Of a DNA stretch of 58,220 nt, positions 51,537 through 58,220 are shown piece by piece. Source of the DNA: Acidobacteriaceae bacterium (GTDB taxonomy: Bacteria; Acidobacteriota; Terriglobia; Bryobacterales; Bryobacteraceae); assembly GCA_019245255.1 (NCBI GenBank), contig JAFARV010000676.1, forward strand, positions 1-58,220, written 5' to 3'. Within the stretch, counting starts at the first letter, position 1. Every line of letters begins with the position of its first letter. The notes under the pieces are model-generated. The model did not search any database. It was given only the letters and a program-made list of their open reading frames with translations, and was not told the DNA's origin. A program made the position numbers and the translations under genes.

Positions 51537-51938
51537 TTACTCGAAGTCCAGCAATGATACATCCAGCAGATGCTCGGGTAAAAACGCGCGATTCGAGCGC
51601 TCTCCACGGCCCGATCCAGGCTCCAATTCGAGGCCCACGATGTAACCGTTTTCACGAAAGATACATTGCTTGACGCGCCCGGACAACTCAATATCGTTCG
51701 CCGTGATGCGCACGATTGTTTCAACCGGAATCGGAACACCGGTAAAGAGGCCCACGCCGGTGACGGACACATTCTCGAGAATCGCAATCTCACGGTGCTC
51801 GGAACCGTCGGACTCCCCCCAGTGAAGTTGAACGAGGTCCGAGCACAGCAGGCGTTTGCTTTGCCGGCGTTCGCAGGCATAGCGTTTGGTCTTGCTCGTG
51901 TAGGTTCCTCGGAGCTTCACGCTGACCTTATCGGCCAC
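51537..51938 (-). CDS. PilZ-domain protein
   Basis: 133 aa. RRQSKR (RxxxR) and ENVSVTGVG (D/NxSxxG) c-di-GMP-binding signatures. GTG start overlaps the SLT stop. Confidence 0.7.
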   Translation of the reverse strand: MADKVSVKLRGTYTSKTKRYACERRQSKRLLCSDLVQLHWGESDGSEHREIAILENVSVTGVGLFTGVPIPVETIVRITANDIELSGRVKQCIFRENGYIVGLELEPGSGRGERSNRAFLPEHLLDVSLLDFE

Positions 51939-52597
51939 TATTTGCCGGCAGAGGAATTTAAGCTGAGATCTTTCAGAATTGCATCCACGTAGGCCGTGGT
52001 TTCGGGAATATCGGGAACCTTCTTATCCGTATCGACACGCTGCGGCCCGGCATTGTAGGCGGCGAGCGTGAGCTTCAGGTCGCCCTTATACCGAGTCATC
52101 AACTGCTTTAAGTACTGGGCGCCGGCGTTCACGTTCTGCTTAGGATCCAGCGGATCGACGCCAAACTGCTGCGCGACCTCGGGCATTAGCTGCATCAAAC
52201 CGAGCGCTCCTTTTTCCGATATGGCGCACGCGTAGGAGGCCGATTCGCGGCGAATGACGGCCCGGATCAGTTCCGGCTTGAGACTCTGCGTTTTGGCAGC
52301 GTTTTCGACGAGCGGCTTCAGATCATCTTCGGGCATGGCATCGCAGCCGGGAATGATGGTAGGAACCGGTATGGTGGCCGGCGTTGTCCACGGGGCGCTG
52401 AAGAAGGCGTCCGCGGGACCGCCGGTTCCGATCTGCGCCTGTACCGCGGTCCTCTGCCTGGCGATGGAGGCCTGCATCGCGGTAGCAGCGCCCCCTTGCT
52501 TGGCCGCAACGTCAGACGGATTTTGAACCGCTTGCTCAGCGGCACGCGCGCGCATGAGTCCAATCACCACGATTGCGATAAATAGCCGCAATGACAT
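51938..52597 (-). CDS. SLT-domain lytic transglycosylase
   Basis: ESASYACAISEKGALGLMQLMP...AGAQYLKQLMTRY...AAYNAGP. ATG at 52597 gives a signal-anchor N-terminus. The track start at 52672 overlaps fliS. Confidence 0.85.
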   Translation of the reverse strand: MSLRLFIAIVVIGLMRARAAEQAVQNPSDVAAKQGGAATAMQASIARQRTAVQAQIGTGGPADAFFSAPWTTPATIPVPTIIPGCDAMPEDDLKPLVENAAKTQSLKPELIRAVIRRESASYACAISEKGALGLMQLMPEVAQQFGVDPLDPKQNVNAGAQYLKQLMTRYKGDLKLTLAAYNAGPQRVDTDKKVPDIPETTAYVDAILKDLSLNSSAGK

Positions 52598-52661
52598 GCA
52601 TATAAGTAGCGCCGGAACCGGAGAATACTTCTCAAGTCGCCGATAAGAAAGCCAAGAGATC

Positions 52662-53126
52662 ATGGCGAGCAATCCCTACGGCGCATATCTGGAATCCAAA
52701 GTTTTCACTGCTTCTCCTTTGCAATTGGTTCACCTCGCGTACGAAGGCGCGATAGAAGTGATAGGCGAGGCGCGTTTGCACCTGGCCAACAAACGAATTC
52801 AGGAAAGAGCCGCTGCGATTACGAAAGCGCAGCGGATCCTTACCGAATTGCAGTCGTCACTAGACGTTCAGAAGGGCGGACAGATTGCCACACGGCTGGG
52901 CCAGCTGTACGACTACATGCAGCGCCGCCTGATTGAGGCGAACTTCAAACAGGCCGATGAACCGCTCGCAGAGGTTCAGCGCCTCCTCGAGACGGTAGAC
53001 CAGGCATGGAAAGAGATTGCCGCCGCCGAGATGCCGGTTCCGCAGGCTGTTGTCGCGGCAACGGCAAGTCCATGGGCAAGCAGCAGCGATAGCTTCGCTT
53101 ACAGCCGGGCCGAATACACGTTCTGA
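52662..53126 (+). CDS. fliS: flagellin chaperone FliS
   Basis: 154 aa. NPYGAYLESKVFTASPLQLVHLAYEGAI...LGQLYDYMQRRLIEANF. Confidence 0.9.
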   Translation: MASNPYGAYLESKVFTASPLQLVHLAYEGAIEVIGEARLHLANKRIQERAAAITKAQRILTELQSSLDVQKGGQIATRLGQLYDYMQRRLIEANFKQADEPLAEVQRLLETVDQAWKEIAAAEMPVPQAVVAATASPWASSSDSFAYSRAEYTF

Positions 53127-53165
53127 TCGAGGGCCACGGGCACTTGCCTCGGCCGCGGCCTGGGA

Positions 53166-53456
53166 TTACGATTTCGGCTGCAGATCTTGGGTGATTAGCT
53201 TGGTTAGTCCGAGCCCGTCACCTTTGGCCATTACGTTAGCGAGTTGCTGCTCCGCTAAATCAATGCTGGTCTGGCCGGCCTCATCTTCCTCGCCCGTTCC
53301 CAACCACCCTGAGGACCCCGATTCCCGAGCGGTTTTCAGCAGCTGCGAGAACATTAGCCCTTGAAATTGCTCCGCCGCATGCTTGATCCTGTCGGGCGAG
53401 TTCTTCTGATTCGTTACCGGCGCCAGCGGCCCGAGTGCGCTGATGTTATTGATCAA
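53166..53456 (-). CDS. flgJ: rod-binding protein (single-domain FlgJ-like)
   Basis: 96 aa. AAEQFQGLMFSQLLKTAR...GLGLTKLI. No muramidase domain. Confidence 0.75.
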   Translation of the reverse strand: MINNISALGPLAPVTNQKNSPDRIKHAAEQFQGLMFSQLLKTARESGSSGWLGTGEEDEAGQTSIDLAEQQLANVMAKGDGLGLTKLITQDLQPKS

Positions 53457-53459
53457 AGA

Positions 53460-54557
53460 TTAAATCACCTCTAAATCCGCATCCAATGCCCCAGCGGCGC
53501 GCAGATCCTGCAGGATTGCGATGATGTCGCGGGGTGTTGCGCCGATCGTATTCAATCCGCGGACCAGGTCTTCGACCGTCGCTCCCTCTTTAAGCATCAG
53601 ATTCTTGGTCTTCTCTTCACCGGCTTTCACTTGCGTTTCAGGAATGACTTCCGTTTTTCCGTTTGAGAAAGCTTCAGGCTGCGACACGCTGTACGTGGTT
53701 TGTACTTCAACCGTCAAACTTCCGTGCATGATGGCAACAGGCGCAACGTGCACGTCCTTGCCCATGACGATGGTTCCCGTGCGTTCGTTCACCACAATGC
53801 GCGACGTGCGCTTCGGATTAACGGCGATTTCTTCGAGCTCCGCTATAAACTCGACCGGTCTGTTCGCGTAACTGGGAGGGACGGCAACGGTCACCACCGC
53901 CCCGTTATCCGCATGTGCGGGCGGCGCAGGGAGATCTGAGTATTTCTTATTGACGGCTTCAGCGACCAGGCTCGCAGTTCCGAAGTCCATTTGCTTCAAC
54001 TGCAGCTTGACTTCGGTCTTCGGTTCGGCCGACGGCGCCGGGCGTTCAATGAGCGCGCCTTCGGGAACACGTCCCACCGTAGGGTGATTGACCACCTTCG
54101 TACTCCCGTTTCCTCCAGCGGCAAAACCTCCGGTGAGCACCGGGCCCTGCGCAACCGCATAAACCTGCCCGTCAGCGGCTTTGAGCGGCGTCATGATCAG
54201 CAGACCGCCCTGCAGGTTCGGAGCGTCGCCAATCGAAGATACTGTCACGTCGATCTTCATGCCGGGTTGCGCGAATGGAGGCAACGTTCCTGTGACCATC
54301 ACGGCGGCAGTATTCTTGACCGTGATTGCAGATGGAGCAACAGTGACACCCATACGTTGCAATACATTGGTCAAACTCTGCGCCGAAAATACCGTCTGCT
54401 GCCGGTCGCCTGTACCGGCCAGACCGACTACCAGGCCATAGCCGAGCAGTTGATTTTCACGCACGCCCTCAACCGACGCAATATCTTTCAGAAGTGTCGC
54501 CGCTGTCATGGGCATGACGAGCAAGCAGGCGATGAGAATTGAGAACAGGCGTTTCAT
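53460..54557 (-). CDS. flgI: flagellar P-ring protein FlgI
   Basis: ATG at 54557. Signal peptide. IASVEGVRENQLLGYGLVVGLAGTGD...AILQDLRAAGALDADLEVI. Confidence 0.95.
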   Translation of the reverse strand: MKRLFSILIACLLVMPMTAATLLKDIASVEGVRENQLLGYGLVVGLAGTGDRQQTVFSAQSLTNVLQRMGVTVAPSAITVKNTAAVMVTGTLPPFAQPGMKIDVTVSSIGDAPNLQGGLLIMTPLKAADGQVYAVAQGPVLTGGFAAGGNGSTKVVNHPTVGRVPEGALIERPAPSAEPKTEVKLQLKQMDFGTASLVAEAVNKKYSDLPAPPAHADNGAVVTVAVPPSYANRPVEFIAELEEIAVNPKRTSRIVVNERTGTIVMGKDVHVAPVAIMHGSLTVEVQTTYSVSQPEAFSNGKTEVIPETQVKAGEEKTKNLMLKEGATVEDLVRGLNTIGATPRDIIAILQDLRAAGALDADLEVI

Positions 54558-54565
54558 CTCAAGCC

Positions 54566-55273
54566 TCAAAACGGCAGAATACCGAGCAATAACCGGTACA
54601 GGAAGTTGGGCCGCCGGATCGCGTCATTCACAACGCCTTTTCCGTCCAGCTTTACTTCGAGCTGTGCGATGCGCTGTGAGGGCACGGTGTTATCGGCCGA
54701 CAGATCCGCCGGACGAACGACGCCACGAACCGTGACGGTTTGCCACTCAGAGTTGATCTGCACATTCTTTGTTCCTTCCAGCACCAGGAAGCCGTTCGGC
54801 AGAACGCGCACGACGCGCGCCGTCATGTTGGTTGTCAATGTAGTCGTGCGTGAGGTGGAGCCTTGACCGTTCAACTCTGTGTCACCCGAGATCTTAGGCA
54901 GGCTGGAAAGCAGTGCGGTGGCGCCAGGGCTCTTGATGCCGGGGAAGCCGGAAATGCTCGGTGTCGTGCTCGATTTGCGTTGTGTTTGGGTGTTGCCGGT
55001 TGTGACCGCGGATGCTGATTCCGCAACGATGACGGTCACCACGTCGTCGACCCGGCTCGCGCGGGGGTCGCGCGTCAGGTCCGTCATCGTAGAATACCCG
55101 ACCCAGGTTGAACCCGGCGTAGTCGCCGCTCCTTCGGTGGTGGCGCGGCTCTCGGCTTGGCGGATGTATTCGTCGACTGCGGAAGGTGGCGGATCCTTTT
55201 TTAACAACTTCTTTGGATTGACCGACGCGGAGCAGACCACCGCCGCAATCAGAAATACAGTCACGATTTTCAT
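54566..55273 (-). CDS. flgH: flagellar L-ring protein FlgH
   Basis: 235 aa. Lipoprotein-like signal (AAVVCSAS). DDVVTVIVAESASA...LEGTKNVQINSEWQTVTVRGVVRPADL. Confidence 0.95.
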   Translation of the reverse strand: MKIVTVFLIAAVVCSASVNPKKLLKKDPPPSAVDEYIRQAESRATTEGAATTPGSTWVGYSTMTDLTRDPRASRVDDVVTVIVAESASAVTTGNTQTQRKSSTTPSISGFPGIKSPGATALLSSLPKISGDTELNGQGSTSRTTTLTTNMTARVVRVLPNGFLVLEGTKNVQINSEWQTVTVRGVVRPADLSADNTVPSQRIAQLEVKLDGKGVVNDAIRRPNFLYRLLLGILPF

Positions 55274-56133
55274 TGTTTTATCGACGGGGTGTCGACCCCT
55301 GCCTTGTCCGGACCTTCCACTCGCGCCCGGAACAGCTTGCCCGATTCCGGGTTCTTGAAAGACACAAAATCGCCTCGGCGGCCGGATGATTGTGCTTCCG
55401 CATCAAACGCTAGTTGCGCAAGACCACTCCGGACGACTACACTGACTCGGTCGCCCTTCATGATGTCGTCCGGCGGTTCAATGGCATCTGTCCAGATGGG
55501 CGAGTTTGCGGAGATGAACCGCCGAGGCAATGCCCCTTCGACCTGCTCAATGGACACGGGGGTAACGCGCCGTTGCGGAAATTCCTCGACCTTTTGGAGT
55601 GAGACCTGCATGACCTTAATTGGAACGCCCGGCTTGAGTTCTTCGAGCGCAATCAGCCGTGTCGTTTGTACGCTGATTTTGACGCGCGCCCAGACGGGGA
55701 ATCTCTTGTCGCCGTCATAGATAACGTAACCGTGCCAAAGTGCTACCGGCGGCGTGCCGAGGTCCTCTCGGCGGAATACAAGTTCGCCGGCCGGGGCTGG
55801 GAAGCGGCTTAGCTCAACGATTTCAATGTGAGCGTCTGCTCCCAATGTCTGGTGCATGGCCTTCGATGCGGCATCTGCCGTCAATGGCGCAACGGGTCTT
55901 TCGAAACAGATGTCGTTGCTCGGAAGCGCGCCATCGTAATTGAACCGGGCCGCAATCTGGCGTACTTCGCCCGGATGCATCACGCGTTCGACGCCGGGCG
56001 CAGGCGAGTAGCCAATGCTTGCGTCGGGATCGGCGGACGTAAACGCGGGCACGGCTTTCGCCAGGTCGCGAGCCGTGATATTCGGACCCGAAACCGGCAA
56101 ACAGGCAGCCGCGATGAACGCCAGAAGAATCAT
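55270..56133 (-). CDS. flgA: P-ring assembly chaperone FlgA
   Basis: 287 aa. Signal peptide. SAF-like C-terminal region (IMKGDRVSVVVRSGLAQLAFDAEAQSSGRRGDFVSFKN). ATGA overlaps on both sides. Confidence 0.85.
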   Translation of the reverse strand: MILLAFIAAACLPVSGPNITARDLAKAVPAFTSADPDASIGYSPAPGVERVMHPGEVRQIAARFNYDGALPSNDICFERPVAPLTADAASKAMHQTLGADAHIEIVELSRFPAPAGELVFRREDLGTPPVALWHGYVIYDGDKRFPVWARVKISVQTTRLIALEELKPGVPIKVMQVSLQKVEEFPQRRVTPVSIEQVEGALPRRFISANSPIWTDAIEPPDDIMKGDRVSVVVRSGLAQLAFDAEAQSSGRRGDFVSFKNPESGKLFRARVEGPDKAGVDTPSIKQ

Positions 56134-56921
56134 TGCTTGATGTTGTTGATCTGCTGATACATCTCGTCGGCAGCCTTCACGACCTTGGAATTGGCCTCGT
56201 AGGCGCGCTGGCTTTGAATCAGGTTGACGAACTCTTCAACGATGTCCACGTTCGATTGTTCCTGATATCCCTGCATCAGCGTGCCGACTCCATCTGATCC
56301 GCCGGGATTACCGACAATGGGTTGACCGGATGCGTCAGTCGGCGCATACAGATTGTTGCCAAGACTGTTCAAACCGCCGGGGTTTTGGAAGTTCGCAATC
56401 TGAATCTGGCCCGCAACCTGTGCGGCAGTCTGCCCGGGCAGGCTGTAGCTGACCGTCCCATCCGAAGCAATGGTCACGTTTAGCGACTGGGCGGGAATGG
56501 TGATCTGAGGATCAAGCATCAGGCCGGACGAGTTGACGAAGTTCCCGTCTTTATCCAGCTGAAACGAGCCGTCGCGAGTATATGCAAGCGTACCGTCTGC
56601 CTGCCGGATCTGAAAGAAGCCTTTGCCCTGTATCGCAATATCCAAGGGATTACTAGTCTGGGTGAGATTGCCCTGCTGCTGGATAATTTCGTTCGATATC
56701 GGCCGCACGCCGAGCCCGATCTGTAAACCTGCCGGGACTACGGTCTGCGCACCGGATGCAGTACCCGGTTGAGTCATGTTCTGGTACATGAGGTCGGTAA
56801 ACTCGGCGCGGCGCATTTTATAGCCGGCCGTGTTTGCGTTGGCCAGATTATTTGCGATGTTGTCGACGTTCATCTGCTGCGCATTCATTCCACTCGCAGC
56901 ACTGTATAAAGCGCGGATCAT
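56130..56921 (-). CDS. flgG: distal rod protein FlgG
   Basis: 263 aa. MIRALYSAASGMNAQQMNVDNIANNLANANTAGYK...IQSQRAYEANSKV. Confidence 0.95.
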   Translation of the reverse strand: MIRALYSAASGMNAQQMNVDNIANNLANANTAGYKMRRAEFTDLMYQNMTQPGTASGAQTVVPAGLQIGLGVRPISNEIIQQQGNLTQTSNPLDIAIQGKGFFQIRQADGTLAYTRDGSFQLDKDGNFVNSSGLMLDPQITIPAQSLNVTIASDGTVSYSLPGQTAAQVAGQIQIANFQNPGGLNSLGNNLYAPTDASGQPIVGNPGGSDGVGTLMQGYQEQSNVDIVEEFVNLIQSQRAYEANSKVVKAADEMYQQINNIKQ

Positions 56922-56939
56922 CTCTTAAGAACTCCTTTG

Positions 56940-57680
56940 TTACTGGCCGGAACGGGCCACCTCTTCAATTGCCTGATGATTCATGTCCGTCCCGATGCTG
57001 ATGGCCTTCTGAAGCATTTCGAATTGCCGCATGACAGTGACCAGGCGAACGGCGGATTCGGCCGGCGTTACATTCGAGCCCTCCACCTTCCCCTGCTCGA
57101 CCTCACCAGGTGCGCGCTTGATATCCGCGGCTTGTCCGTTAAAGCGGAAGTAAGTCGTACCCTGTTTCGAAAGCTGGGAAAGATCTGCGAAGGACGCCAC
57201 TTGCAATTGCGCTACGGTCTGTCCGCCCTGAGTAATGGCGCCCGTCGTGTCGACTGTTATCGGCTGAGTTGGATCGAGTTGGACCGGATTACCATTTACA
57301 TCCCGGACCGCGTAGCCGTCCTGAGTCGTCAGCTGTCCGGTTGGACTCAATCGGAACGATCCATTACGTGTATATAAGGTGTTGCCGCCCGGTCCATTTA
57401 CCGCAAAGAAACCTTCGCCCCCGACCGCGAAATCCAAAGGGTTCGAGGTCTGCTGCAGCGAGCCCTGCGAGAAATCGGTCCAGTTCTTGATGATGTCCGG
57501 CATTTGCGTCGGATCGTTCTCGCCACCGGCAAGCGCATCGGCCGACGTGTACATGTCGTAGAACTCGCGGTCCACCTTGTACCCGTTCGTCTGGGTATTG
57601 GCCAGGTTGTTCGCGAGCAGGTCGAGCGATTCGAGACTGGTGCGCATGCCGCTGGCAGCGGCGCTGGTGAGCGGATCCAT
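56940..57680 (-). CDS. flgF: proximal rod protein FlgF
   Basis: ATG at 57680. MDPLTSAAASGMRTSLESLDLLANNLANTQTNGYK...VTVMRQFEMLQKAI. Confidence 0.9.
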   Translation of the reverse strand: MDPLTSAAASGMRTSLESLDLLANNLANTQTNGYKVDREFYDMYTSADALAGGENDPTQMPDIIKNWTDFSQGSLQQTSNPLDFAVGGEGFFAVNGPGGNTLYTRNGSFRLSPTGQLTTQDGYAVRDVNGNPVQLDPTQPITVDTTGAITQGGQTVAQLQVASFADLSQLSKQGTTYFRFNGQAADIKRAPGEVEQGKVEGSNVTPAESAVRLVTVMRQFEMLQKAISIGTDMNHQAIEEVARSGQ

Positions 57681-57891
57681 ACTTCCCCGAGCCAGATGAG
57701 CACGTGTATTGCCACGGTTTTTGCCGGGAAATACAAAGGTTTGGGCGTATTTTAGCGACGAACTATGGTCGGGCGACGAGATTTGGACGGCGAGGGAAGG
57801 CGCGGAGCGCCGGCCCTGCTGTATCCTAGAACTGGGATAGATGGCTCGCGGCACGGCCAGAACGAAAAAGACTGAACAAATCACTGGCGTG

Positions 57892-58200
57892 ATGTCGAGT
57901 TCGGGAAACGTTTTTGCCGATCTCAAACTCCCGAATGCCGAGGAGCGCCAGACCAAAGTGCGTCTTGCGCTAGCGATCAATCGCATTCTTCAGCAAGGCC
58001 GGTTAACACAGACAGAAGCAGCGCGCCGGCTTGGTATTAATCAGCCCAAAATCTCCGCCTTATTGCACTATCGGTTGGAGGGGTTTTCGGTTGAACGGCT
58101 CATGCTATTTTTAAACGCGCTTGGCCGTGACGTTGAGATTGTGATCCGCGTGAAATCAAGTTCTCGTGGGCCCGGACGCATCGTGGTTACGGCCGCATAA
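57892..58200 (+). CDS. XRE-family HTH protein (HigA-like antitoxin type), orphan within the window
   Basis: ATG at 57892. NVFADLKLPNAEERQTKVRLALAI...LTQTEAARRLGINQPKISALL...FSVERLMLFLNALGRDVEIVI. Confidence 0.75.
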   Translation: MSSSGNVFADLKLPNAEERQTKVRLALAINRILQQGRLTQTEAARRLGINQPKISALLHYRLEGFSVERLMLFLNALGRDVEIVIRVKSSSRGPGRIVVTAA

Positions 58201-58220
58201 CTGCCGGTCGTGGATATGGT

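Noticed and set aside
1-58220. CRISPR arrays, tRNA/rRNA genes, IS elements, integrases and prophage structural genes
   Set aside because: Scanning intergenic regions and the ORF translations found no regularly spaced repeats, no tRNA-like T-arm/acceptor patterns, and no DDE, tyrosine-recombinase or serine-recombinase motifs.

Overview
GC-rich bacterial chromosomal window. The protein repertoire (many Uma2 nucleases, CarboxypepD_reg-like secreted proteins, very dense toxin-antitoxin content) suggests a soil Acidobacteriota-like organism, but that is inference only. The window holds most of a flagellar regulon, split into five intact blocks: (A) flhB-fliRQPO, 1.4-4.5 kb, minus strand; (B) motAB-1, then fliW-csrA-fliD, a chaperone-like ORF and motAB-2, 13.7-19.5 kb, plus strand; (C) a giant 1244-aa flagellin plus a HEAT-repeat gene, 22.7-28.2 kb, minus strand; (D) flgBC-fliEFGHIJ, 41.3-47.8 kb, plus strand; (E) PilZ-SLT, fliS, a rod-binding protein and flgIHAGF, 51.5-57.7 kb. 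flhA, fliMN, flgDEKL, fliK and fliA are not in the window. Accessory DNA fills the gaps between blocks: four Uma2 nucleases, about 14 toxin-antitoxin or antitoxin-only modules (Doc, VapBC x3, RES-Xre, MazEF, DUF433/DUF5615, orphan RHH, Phd, BrnA, ParD and XRE), a Fic protein, a decayed rhs locus with orphan HExxH toxin tips and candidate secreted immunity proteins, and an envelope operon (di-haem DUF1111, a 914-codon repeat/3D-domain protein, a TonB_C protein). Points worth a second look: (1) three cassettes are each bracketed by diverged direct repeats of a neighbouring gene end (araC 3' end, fliJ 3' end, DUF5615 5' end), with no integrase or transposase visible; (2) an identical 18-mer containing a sigma-28 -10 box lies upstream of both fliC and the HEAT-repeat gene; (3) two genes carry an in-frame TAG in the same TTT-CAR-TAG-G context; (4) the HExxH rhs tips are paired with paralogous signal-peptide proteins; (5) there are two complete stator pairs; (6) frameshifts and nonsense codons occur only in accessory genes, while every flagellar ORF is intact. 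I found no rRNA, tRNA, CRISPR array, transposase or integrase.
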